Source of the DNA: a virus
Lineage: Duplodnaviria > Caudoviricetes
Direction: 5' to 3' (one strand)
DNA: 39,693 bases
IMG/VR virus record: IMGVR_UViG_3300023196_000438
Span: 1-39,693 of that record
Shown here: one piece after another, positions 16,108-23,323 of the stretch
Position numbering within the stretch: position 1 is the stretch's first letter
Layout: each line of letters begins with the position of its first letter
Program-made: the position numbers and the translations under genes
Notes under the pieces: model-generated
Told to the model about the DNA's origin: nothing
What the model saw: only the letters and a program-made list of their open reading frames with translations
The model's database searches: none

Positions 16108-16422
16108 TCAGAATGGGATATCGTCGTTGAAATTATCTTTGGCCTGCTGGCCGGCACCAGACGCAGCCGGGGCACTTGATGGCTGGCCTGATCCATCGCG
16201 GTCCTTAACATCAAATCGCCATAGCATGATGGACTTTGCGCCTTTGCCGGAAAGATCCGGGACGCCAGCCGGGTTAAACCAGCGCTCGAGCAAAAGGTAT
16301 TTACTGCCATCATCAGATTCCATTTCAGCGCCCACGTTCTGCCAGCGCGCTTTTTTTTCACCCTTGGCATTGGTGTACTCATCAACCTTGACCATCAGGT
16401 CTTTGATTTTTTTCGGCATCAT
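16108..16422 (-). CDS. Single-stranded DNA-binding protein-like
   Basis: Short beta-rich core, flexible linker and acidic C-terminal DDIPF. Confidence 0.7.
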   Translation of the reverse strand: MMPKKIKDLMVKVDEYTNAKGEKKARWQNVGAEMESDDGSKYLLLERWFNPAGVPDLSGKGAKSIMLWRFDVKDRDGSGQPSSAPAASGAGQQAKDNFNDDIPF

Positions 16423-16771
16423 CTTCTCCAGTAATTCTCAACATCACAAAGCCGCCCAACTGGTCGGCCACCTTTACGACCATCGTCGTAAATTCTTTGT
16501 CATTGATGCCCAGTCCATCGGCAACGCCATCAATGCCTGACTTCATGCGCGCCAGCAAATTGTCCCGATCATACGCCCGGCGCTGCGGCGGGTAAAACTC
16601 GACCTCCAACGTCAGCTTACCGGGTGGTCTAATCCATTTGGGTGCCTGCGCCTTGGCCTCAAAAAAGCAGTCGTGCCGATACTTTTTTACGGCGCGCGCT
16701 TTGATGGCCCAGTGCATTCTTGCATTTGGCGACAGCGCTGCAGCAGGCCACATCAGGCGGATCTCAGTCAC
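16382..16771 (-). CDS. rusA: RusA-like Holliday junction resolvase
   Basis: LSPNARMHW...FYPPQRRAYDRDNL...KSGIDGVADGLGIND; GTG start overlapping the cro-like stop. Confidence 0.8.
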   Translation of the reverse strand: MTEIRLMWPAAALSPNARMHWAIKARAVKKYRHDCFFEAKAQAPKWIRPPGKLTLEVEFYPPQRRAYDRDNLLARMKSGIDGVADGLGINDKEFTTMVVKVADQLGGFVMLRITGEDDAEKNQRPDGQG

Positions 16772-16986
16772 TGCTGACGCCCAAAGATTATGTCGTGCGC
16801 ATCCAGCTCCAACCCCTTTTCCCACGCCACTTCGAGCAGCTTTCTCTGGGATGAAGTCGGGATTACGCCACGCTTGCGCCAGCGGGTGATGGCCGCGGGA
16901 TCAATCTGCAATAGCCGGCCCAGAGGGCGGACGCCACCAAAAAGATTGATGACCAGTTCGGGAGGGGAGATGTTTAATTTGTCCAT
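16768..16986 (-). CDS. Cro-like HTH regulator (72 aa)
   Basis: FGGVRPLGRLLQIDPAAITRWRKRGVIP; first gene of the leftward early operon. Confidence 0.85.
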   Translation of the reverse strand: MDKLNISPPELVINLFGGVRPLGRLLQIDPAAITRWRKRGVIPTSSQRKLLEVAWEKGLELDAHDIIFGRQQ

Positions 16987-16992
16987 GGCTCA

Positions 16993-17131
16993 ATTATGAC
17001 ACGAAAGCAACGGCCCTGAAAAGCAGTTCTTTTATTTCCAGATTGTTATCTACAATTATCTACGTAAAAAAACGCTTGACGACGCAAATGCTGTTGACTT
17101 ATGATCCACACATCGACGCAATTTGTGCGTC
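16993..17131. promoter_or_regulatory. Divergent early control region
   Basis: Rightward TTGACG (17076-17081)-N18-TATGAT (17100-17105) with upstream A-tract; leftward CATAAT (16993-16998) 6 nt before the cro-like ATG; imperfect 17-bp palindromes at 16995-17011 and 17093-17109. Confidence 0.7.
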
Positions 17132-17148
17132 ATCTTTAGGAGATAACC

Positions 17149-17457
17149 ATGCAATATGCAAATCACCTTGGCTACAGCGACATCAACCCATTTGAAGTTG
17201 TTCGCCGTGTCAGCAATATCACTCTCGAGATCCGCGAAATGCATGCCGAGCGCGACCCATCTGTAAAACTGGAGTTTGTTCCCGGCGGTTTTTCAGCCAT
17301 CTGCATCAATGACCGTGATCAAGAATGGTTCATTACCAGCGATGAAACGGCCCCAGTAATTCGCATTCGTCTGGGCAAAAAAGGTTGGAAAGATAAGTAT
17401 GGCCGGCGCTATGAGCTGGCAGATGAGCCAGTCAAATTCTATGACCACAACTTTTAA
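17149..17457 (+). CDS. Early hypothetical protein (102 aa)
   Basis: AGGAG RBS; first gene after the rightward promoter. Confidence 0.8.
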   Translation: MQYANHLGYSDINPFEVVRRVSNITLEIREMHAERDPSVKLEFVPGGFSAICINDRDQEWFITSDETAPVIRIRLGKKGWKDKYGRRYELADEPVKFYDHNF

Positions 17458-17473
17458 TTTTAAGGAAATAGCA

Positions 17474-17671
17474 ATGGACACCATCACAAACCCATACGAC
17501 GCAGTAGGTATCGCCGAGGGCTGGATACCGGTCGACAGCCCGGAAGATCGCCTAAAAGCTTGGCAGTACCTGATTGACAGCGGCATGTGCTGGCAGCTAC
17601 AAGGCTGGTTTGGCCGCACTGCCATGGACTTGATCGAGCGCGGGCTTTGCCGTCCGCCGCTTGACGATTGA
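17474..17671 (+). CDS. Early hypothetical protein (65 aa)
   Basis: TAAGGA RBS; AWQYLIDSGMCWQLQGWFGRTAMDLIERG looks like a recurrent small phage protein. Confidence 0.8.
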   Translation: MDTITNPYDAVGIAEGWIPVDSPEDRLKAWQYLIDSGMCWQLQGWFGRTAMDLIERGLCRPPLDD

Positions 17672-17672
17672 T

Positions 17673-17702
17673 GTTGACGCCACATCAACGATTCAATATA
17701 AT
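17673..17702 (+). promoter_or_regulatory. Near-consensus sigma70 promoter TTGACG-N17-TATAAT with overlapping palindrome GTTGA-N7-TCAAC
   Basis: -35 at 17674-17679, -10 at 17697-17702, palindrome 17673-17689. Confidence 0.85.
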
Positions 17703-17732
17703 CTGTACACACTAATCCACACGGAGGCACAA

Positions 17733-17900
17733 ATGAACTCATATATCTTCAACGTCAAGTCCATCACAATGACCGATCCGGTCAAGTTATCCAGCGCATA
17801 TCACCGCGTCATCCGCATTGCTGTCGACAATGGCTCAGTTATTGAGCTTGTCGTATATGCAGAATCTGCCGATCGTCTGACCATCGTGGAGGCCGTATGA
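17733..17900 (+). CDS. Early hypothetical protein (55 aa)
   Basis: GGAGG RBS before ATG 17733; ATGA overlap downstream. Confidence 0.7.
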   Translation: MNSYIFNVKSITMTDPVKLSSAYHRVIRIAVDNGSVIELVVYAESADRLTIVEAV

Positions 17901-18112
17901 CACGCTACATCGCTGAGATCGAAACTCGCGTCGCAGGTATTCCCTGCTTGATCGGTGTGCGCTGGTTCGCTCGTGACGGTGGCCGCAGCGAATCTGAATG
18001 GGATGTGCTGGACCGCCGCGGTCGCCCGGCTGCATGGCTTGAGCGCAAGCTTGACGGCCCCGGCAAAGATGACATCGAAGAAACCATTTACTACGCACTG
18101 GGAGATGACTAA
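17897..18112 (+). CDS. Early hypothetical protein (71 aa)
   Basis: GGAGG RBS; VAGIPCLIGV...EWDVLDRRGRPAAWLERKL. Confidence 0.75.
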   Translation: MTRYIAEIETRVAGIPCLIGVRWFARDGGRSESEWDVLDRRGRPAAWLERKLDGPGKDDIEETIYYALGDD

Positions 18113-18219
18113 TGATCGCCGCACTTGACAGATTTATTGACGCACACCCGGGCCTGTACATCACCTTGCTGTTGCTGGGTGCCCTTATTGTTCCAGCACT
18201 TATTGAGGCTTACCTATGA
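18112..18219 (+). CDS. Small single-pass membrane peptide (35 aa)
   Basis: Not in the ORF track. MIAALDRFIDAHPGLYITLLLLGALIVPALIEAYL; TAATG and ATGA overlaps with both neighbours. Confidence 0.65.
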   Translation: MIAALDRFIDAHPGLYITLLLLGALIVPALIEAYL

Positions 18220-19169
18220 GAGAGACAATCGAAATCATCGACCAACAACAATGGCTGGCCCAGCGTATGCGCGACATCACCAGCACCGAGGTGTCTGCCT
18301 TGTACGGTCTGTCGCCATACATCACCGAGTTCGAGCTGTTCCACCAAAAACGTGAAGGCAAAGTGGTACGCATTGAGCCCAACGAGCGGATGACATGGGG
18401 CACCCGGCTGGAGTCAACCATCGCGCACGGTGCAGCTGAGGATCAAGGCTGGGAAATCGAGCACATGAATTTGTACATGCGCGACCCAGAAATCTGCATG
18501 GGCTCCAGCTTTGACTTCAAGATTGTCACCAGCCCAAAGGGTCCGGGCCTGCTTGAGATTAAAAACGTCGACGGCTTACAGTATTCACGCAATTGGATTG
18601 ATGATGGCGAAGGCAACATCGAAGCGCCACAGCACATCGAGCTGCAGCTCCAGCACCAGCTTGAGGTTGCCGATCTTGAGTGGGGCGCTATCGTTGCATT
18701 GGTCGGCGGCAATGAATTGAAAGTGATCTACCGCAACCGTGATCGAGCAATCGGTCAAGACCTGCGCAATCGCATCAGCGTATTTTGGAAGCGCGTCGAA
18801 TCTAACCTGCCACCAAAACCTGATTATGAAAAAGATGCTGAGTACATTATCAAGCGCTTGCACAATCAGGCAGTGGAGGATTTGGTAGCCGACGTAACTT
18901 CAGATCAGCACATCGAATCATTGATTGCTAAGTATCAAAATGCGCATGCGGAAGCAGCATTGTGGGAAAAAGAAAGCAATAAATTGCGCGCAGAAATACT
19001 TGATCACATTGGCCCAGTGTCAAAAGTGATTAGTCAATTCGGCACCATCTCGTGCGGTAATGTGAAAGACAGCCTCGGCACTTTCATCACACCGGAACTT
19101 GTGGGCCAATACGTAGGTGGCCGCAAAGGCTATCGTAACTTCAGGCTGTATGCCAAAAAGGAGAAATAA
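18216..19169 (+). CDS. YqaJ-like (lambda exonuclease family) 5'-3' exonuclease
   Basis: WLAQRMRDITSTEV, WGTRLE, SSFD, LLEIK, QLQHQL motifs; adjacent to recT. Confidence 0.9.
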   Translation: MRETIEIIDQQQWLAQRMRDITSTEVSALYGLSPYITEFELFHQKREGKVVRIEPNERMTWGTRLESTIAHGAAEDQGWEIEHMNLYMRDPEICMGSSFDFKIVTSPKGPGLLEIKNVDGLQYSRNWIDDGEGNIEAPQHIELQLQHQLEVADLEWGAIVALVGGNELKVIYRNRDRAIGQDLRNRISVFWKRVESNLPPKPDYEKDAEYIIKRLHNQAVEDLVADVTSDQHIESLIAKYQNAHAEAALWEKESNKLRAEILDHIGPVSKVISQFGTISCGNVKDSLGTFITPELVGQYVGGRKGYRNFRLYAKKEK

Positions 19170-20003
19170 ATGAGCAACGAACTGACACCAATGGAAGCAA
19201 TGCGCGGCACCCTCGACAAAATGAAAGTCGAATTTCAAGCTGCACTGCCTCCGCAGATTCCGGTAGATAAGTTTATCCGTACTACCTTGACCGCAGTGCA
19301 AATGAATCCTGAGCTGCTTGGCGCAGATCGTCGTAGCTTACTGGCCGCTTGCATGAAGTCTGCTCAAGATGGCCTGCTGCTTGATGGCCGTGAAGCCGCG
19401 CCTGTTATCTTCAACACCAAAGAAGGCAAGCGTGTGCAATACATGCCAATGGTCGGCGGCATTCTCAAAAAGATCCGCAACAGTGGCGAGCTGGCCAGCA
19501 TCAGCGCAAACGTAGTCTATGACAAAGACTTCTTTGAGTACGAGCTGGGCGATAACGAGTCAATCATACACAAGCCGTTTTTGGGCGACGAGCGTGGCAA
19601 GCCCATCGCTGTGTATGCCGTGGCCAAGACCAAAGATGGCGCGATCTACCGTGAAGTAATGAGCGTGGCCGATGTCGAGAAGGTCAGAGCAGCCAGCCGG
19701 GCCGGCAAGTTTGGACCGTGGGCAGACTGGTGGGATGAGATGGCCAAGAAAACTGTCATCCGTCGGATGGCCAAGCGCCTGCCGTCCAGCGCCGACGTTG
19801 ATCAGGTCATCATGAATGACAACGAGGCATCAGGATTTACTCAGATACAGCCCAGAGAGACGATCAACATCACGCCCATGCCAGAAGACCAGACCGCGCC
19901 ATTAAGCCGCCTAAAGGCTTCCATGGGCTCTGACGGCGTAATCGACAATGCCACAGGCGAAATCATTTCGGAGGAAAAGAATGAGCAACCTGCTGACGCC
20001 TAA
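19170..20003 (+). CDS. recT: RecT-family single-strand annealing recombinase
   Basis: ALPPQIPVDKFIR, SLLAACMKSAQDGL, PWADWWDEMAKKTVIRRMAKRLPSS. Confidence 0.93.
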   Translation: MSNELTPMEAMRGTLDKMKVEFQAALPPQIPVDKFIRTTLTAVQMNPELLGADRRSLLAACMKSAQDGLLLDGREAAPVIFNTKEGKRVQYMPMVGGILKKIRNSGELASISANVVYDKDFFEYELGDNESIIHKPFLGDERGKPIAVYAVAKTKDGAIYREVMSVADVEKVRAASRAGKFGPWADWWDEMAKKTVIRRMAKRLPSSADVDQVIMNDNEASGFTQIQPRETINITPMPEDQTAPLSRLKASMGSDGVIDNATGEIISEEKNEQPADA

Positions 20004-20172
20004 AGAGCTGGCTGATCGGTGGAAGGTTCAAGTGGGTACGCTGCGCAAGTGGCGTTACCTAGACACCGGTCCGGCCTATATCAAAATGGGTGATGGTCGG
20101 AATGCCCAGATTAGATACCGGGTTGATGACATCATCAAGTATGAAAAAGATCGGCTGTTTGTGACACAGTAA
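19981..20172 (+). CDS. Excisionase-like / AlpA-like winged HTH protein (63 aa)
   Basis: LLTPKELADRWKVQVGTLRKWR...GPAYIKMG...IRYRVDDI; GAGG RBS before ATG 19981. Confidence 0.85.
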   Translation: MSNLLTPKELADRWKVQVGTLRKWRYLDTGPAYIKMGDGRNAQIRYRVDDIIKYEKDRLFVTQ

Positions 20173-20199
20173 AAAAAGCCCCCGGCACACACCGGGGGC
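20171..20199 (-). terminator. Intrinsic terminator at the end of the late/lysis transcript, at the convergence point
   Basis: Minus strand GCCCCCGG-TGTGTG-CCGGGGGC-TTTTTTT. Confidence 0.8.
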
Positions 20200-20251
20200 A
20201 AAAGCATCTGCCGGCTTTGAAGACCGGAGGAGTCACCGACAGAGCTCGTTG

Positions 20252-20728
20252 CTAGTTTACCTTCCTCAAGGTTTCGTATTGGTCCCTGCATTGCTTGAGG
20301 AGGGCGCGGAGTTCGTCTCCTCTGGCAGCTTCCCCTGCAAGAAATCCTGCATCCTCTTTAGAAAGTCCTGTTCCAGTACATACTGGGACGGGGCATCCAA
20401 CGCTGGCGGTACTGGACACGGGACTGCTTTCGGGGGAGGGGCGGGTCGGACGGTCCCGCAGGCTGTTAGAAAGAGCGACAGCCCTAGCATTAAGATTCCT
20501 GATCTCACGATCCTTCTCCTGTCTTAGTTGGTCAGCACTAGCCTGCAATGCCTGCTCCTTCTCACGGGCAGCAGCCTGTGCCGCAGCATACTCAGCTTCT
20601 TGTGCCGCCCTCTCCTTGTCCCACTGGTGCTGCACCTCTGCCATGCCAATGTCCCTGCCCTTGTACAGGCCAGCAGAACCAGCAACAGCTACGGCCAGAG
20701 CAGCACCCAGAAGAAACCACGGGTTCAT
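20252..20728 (-). CDS. Rz: Inner-membrane spanin (Rz-like)
   Basis: N-terminal TM helix, coiled coil, C-terminal ARGDELRALLKQC; last gene of the lysis cluster. Confidence 0.85.
   Translation of the reverse strand: MNPWFLLGAALAVAVAGSAGLYKGRDIGMAEVQHQWDKERAAQEAEYAAAQAAAREKEQALQASADQLRQEKDREIRNLNARAVALSNSLRDRPTRPSPESSPVSSTASVGCPVPVCTGTGLSKEDAGFLAGEAARGDELRALLKQCRDQYETLRKVN
20266..20508 (-). CDS. Rz1: Outer-membrane spanin lipoprotein (Rz1-like), fully embedded in Rz
   Basis: Signal peptide with lipobox LTA-C, Pro-rich mature region, alternate frame within Rz, AGGAG upstream. Confidence 0.8.
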   Translation of the reverse strand: MRSGILMLGLSLFLTACGTVRPAPPPKAVPCPVPPALDAPSQYVLEQDFLKRMQDFLQGKLPEETNSAPSSSNAGTNTKP

Positions 20729-20889
20729 TTCTGCCCCGGCACTTTCTTGCCTTCCAGCTTCTTGTGTACCTTGATGGTCTTGCAGACTTCCTTCTTAGTC
20801 TTAGGGTCTTCGCGGCAGACCTTCTTCATTTCACCCCCGGCAAACGCCAGCAGAGGAACAAACGCAATAAGTGCAATGAGGTTCTTCAT
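20725..20889 (-). CDS. Small secreted basic protein (54 aa, two Cys)
   Basis: GGAG RBS; signal peptide MKNLIALIAFVPLLAFA, then Lys-rich CREDPKTKKEVC. Confidence 0.7.
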   Translation of the reverse strand: MKNLIALIAFVPLLAFAGGEMKKVCREDPKTKKEVCKTIKVHKKLEGKKVPGQK

Positions 20890-20890
20890 A

Positions 20891-21322
20891 TCAAATCTCC
20901 GGTTCGTGGGCTGGTGGTGGCGCTTTCTTGCCAGCAAATCCTGTGGTGACTTCGCCGGTGGACATAACAGGCTCAATGCGTCGTTTAACAGGGGCGGCCT
21001 CAACTGGCGCGGGGCCCATGGACGGTAGGTTGTTACTTGCTGCACCGCCTAGCTTTTCCTGTGTACGTCCCCAAGCCGCCAGACCAAGCACTGCGCCCAT
21101 AGCCATGTGGAACAAGCCCGCACCTTGCAGCGTCATCGGTTGCCATTGACGGAAAGCGTCATTAGATGCTTCGGTTTCCCAAAACTGGATCACGGCCCAC
21201 AGGATTGGAGCGAGCACGAAGTCAAAGATACATACGCCCATGTACATCCAACCCATCGCCGGACGCCACTTCGTATTCATCCAATCATCTTTTGCTTTCT
21301 CGCTATCTGTCTTCTTGGTCAT
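20891..21322 (-). CDS. Holin (3TM/GTA-holin-like)
   Basis: WRPAMGWMY followed by hydrophobic helices and GRTQEK; directly after the endolysin. Confidence 0.75.
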   Translation of the reverse strand: MTKKTDSEKAKDDWMNTKWRPAMGWMYMGVCIFDFVLAPILWAVIQFWETEASNDAFRQWQPMTLQGAGLFHMAMGAVLGLAAWGRTQEKLGGAASNNLPSMGPAPVEAAPVKRRIEPVMSTGEVTTGFAGKKAPPPAHEPEI

Positions 21323-21323
21323 C

Positions 21324-21950
21324 TCAGCCTCCCATTACATGTAGTGCGTGTTTGTAGTGTTTGATCCGATCTTCCAGTCCAATGTACCCGCCGTTGATTG
21401 CTTTGGTCAAACCTTTGATGTCACCTTTATCAGCAAAGCGATTCAGGTTGTTCGATTCCCAAAACCAGCAGGCCGACTGTGCTGCGCCTTCAAATGTGCC
21501 GAGATACTTAGGAACATCATTGATGTCCATTTCCACGCTGTCAGCAAATGCTTGGTGATTATTACGGCCAGTTAGCTGGATTAAACCCCTGCCCAAAAAT
21601 TTATGCCCATCTCCAGACGCTTCATCGCCATTACCCATGCGATTGGCATAGGCTCGATTGGCAATGTGCATTTGCTTGTTAAGTCGGGTGGCGTAGTCAT
21701 TGGCAATTGCATCTGTTGGGAAATGTCTCGGCCAAATCTTACGTAGTGTGGCGGGGCGGTAGTTCAGGTTCTCTTTCAACACCATGAAGTTGCCAGACTC
21801 GTGAGCGCACTGAGCGACGAACGCTGCGATGCGTTTTGGTGTGTTGATGTCGTAGTCAGGGAGCAATTGTTCCAGCGCCTCGTGCCAGTCGGCCACATAA
21901 GGATTCTTTGGTAGCATCTTCTTGAGTTGCCCAAGCGTCAACACACTCAT
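21324..21950 (-). CDS. Endolysin, glycoside hydrolase family 19
   Basis: RIAAFVAQCAHESG, ENLNY, YANRMGNG, GRGLIQLTGRNN, SACWFW, INGGYIGLEDR. Confidence 0.93.
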   Translation of the reverse strand: MSVLTLGQLKKMLPKNPYVADWHEALEQLLPDYDINTPKRIAAFVAQCAHESGNFMVLKENLNYRPATLRKIWPRHFPTDAIANDYATRLNKQMHIANRAYANRMGNGDEASGDGHKFLGRGLIQLTGRNNHQAFADSVEMDINDVPKYLGTFEGAAQSACWFWESNNLNRFADKGDIKGLTKAINGGYIGLEDRIKHYKHALHVMGG

Positions 21951-22198
21951 TCTTTACCCCTTAGTTCACGAATAATCTTGATCCGCAAATCTTTCATCTT
22001 GCGGGTTTCTTCCGCTGCTCTGTGCAGCGCGTTGTTCATGTCCATGTACATCACACCCATGACAGGCAGCGCAATCACTAGCACAAAACACAGGACCACC
22101 ACGGCGACGAGTAGAGCCCACGGTACGTCTGGCTCAGACGAAGAAGGACTAGGAGGCCGACGTACCACGCTACGACGAAAAGGATTGCTCCAACCCAT
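21947..22198 (-). CDS. Single-pass membrane protein (83 aa)
   Basis: Long hydrophobic stretch then a basic coiled coil; ATGA overlap with the endolysin. Confidence 0.65.
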   Translation of the reverse strand: MGWSNPFRRSVVRRPPSPSSSEPDVPWALLVAVVVLCFVLVIALPVMGVMYMDMNNALHRAAEETRKMKDLRIKIIRELRGKE

Positions 22199-22788
22199 AC
22201 CGCTTCCTCTTTCCTTTTCCTAGCCGCCCTGCGCCTGATCAGTGCTTCAGCTTTAATCCTTGCAGTCTCACGCTTATGAGCCTCATCCTGCTCGACAATG
22301 ATCTGCTTCCACATCTTCTCGTACTTGGTCCACAGGTCGCCCAGTTCAGGCGGCGCTTTGTAGACCATCGTCTCGCGCAGTTCCACAATCATGGCATCTA
22401 GTCTTGCCCGAATAATCACCCGGTTCAAAGCCCGCTTGCCGATAGACTCTGTGCCTGAATACACTTCCTTCGCTTCTGCTTCCTGCTGGATGAATGCTTT
22501 GCCGATAGCATCGTAGGCATCCATCAGTGCGCCAAGATCGTTGCCGATGTTCAAGAACACATCGTTCGGATCAGCCTTGGCAATCTCCTGTACCCTTGCA
22601 ACCTCCTCGTTGTACTGAATCTTCTGAGCGTTACTCGGATTCGGTATCTTCTGGAACTGCGACTTCAGGTCATCCAGTACATCCTTGACCTCACCCGCTG
22701 CACCTTTGATGTCCTTGTATAGCTGGCATCCTTTCTTAACCGCTGCAACAGCAGCATTGGCGGCAGCGAGTAGGGTTAGCGGGTCCAC
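22078..22788 (-). CDS. Coiled-coil protein with C-terminal membrane anchor (236 aa)
   Basis: MDPLTLLAAANAAVAAVKKG N-terminus, helical body, TM segment near the C-terminus. Confidence 0.75.
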   Translation of the reverse strand: MDPLTLLAAANAAVAAVKKGCQLYKDIKGAAGEVKDVLDDLKSQFQKIPNPSNAQKIQYNEEVARVQEIAKADPNDVFLNIGNDLGALMDAYDAIGKAFIQQEAEAKEVYSGTESIGKRALNRVIIRARLDAMIVELRETMVYKAPPELGDLWTKYEKMWKQIIVEQDEAHKRETARIKAEALIRRRAARKRKEEAVWVGAILFVVAWYVGLLVLLRLSQTYRGLYSSPWWSCVLC

Positions 22789-22791
22789 ATA

Positions 22792-23070
22792 TTAAGACAG
22801 ATGCAGTTTCTTTTTAAGGTCGAGAATCTCTTGGTGCAGTTCGTCGTTACGCTCCTCGCACTTACGGTTCTGCTCTTCGACAGCAGCCAGTCGATCAGAC
22901 AGGCGTGAGACTTCCTCGCGCAGGGTAGCGATCACCTGCTGCCATGCAGCGTCCGTGGCATCAGCGGCCTTGTTGTTTCGGCTGTCGGCCATGACCTTCT
23001 GATACATACCGTAAGCACCAGCGCCAGCAGCAGCGATACCTACGCCAAGGTTAGTCAGCCAATCATTCAC
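22792..23070 (-). CDS. Membrane-anchored coiled-coil protein (possible lysis-associated)
   Basis: GGAGG RBS before GTG 23070; hydrophobic N-terminus then heptad repeats. Confidence 0.65.
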   Translation of the reverse strand: MNDWLTNLGVGIAAAGAGAYGMYQKVMADSRNNKAADATDAAWQQVIATLREEVSRLSDRLAAVEEQNRKCEERNDELHQEILDLKKKLHLS

Positions 23071-23320
23071 CGCTAACCTCCGGCTCTGGGTCAGGTTCAA
23101 TTACTGGCTCCTCAACAATAGGCTCCGGTTCAGGCGCTGGTTCCTCGACTACTTCAGGAACAACGATAGGCTCTGGCACAGGGTCAGGCACCTCGGTGAT
23201 GCCGATAGCATTCTTCTCGTGGATGGTGGTTAGACGCAGCCAGTTGGCGGGATAGCTTGTACCAGCAGCATCCTTGAATGGCGTGTCGAGGGGGAGTGGT
23301 GATCCGTTAAGCATGAACAT
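23063..23320 (-). CDS. Small protein after the RBP gene (possible fibre assembly factor), Pro/Glu-rich tail
   Basis: YPANWLRL...AIGITEV followed by PE repeats; GAGG RBS. Confidence 0.7.
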   Translation of the reverse strand: MFMLNGSPLPLDTPFKDAAGTSYPANWLRLTTIHEKNAIGITEVPDPVPEPIVVPEVVEEPAPEPEPIVEEPVIEPDPEPEVSGE

Positions 23321-23323
23321 GAG

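Noticed and set aside
15878-16540. 220-aa plus-strand ORF
   Set aside because: Antisense to three well-supported genes; Ser/Pro-rich shadow composition.
17534-17552. GACAGCCCGGAAGATCG resembling the TGACA/GAAAGA hairpin
   Set aside because: Within a CDS, and the stem does not pair.
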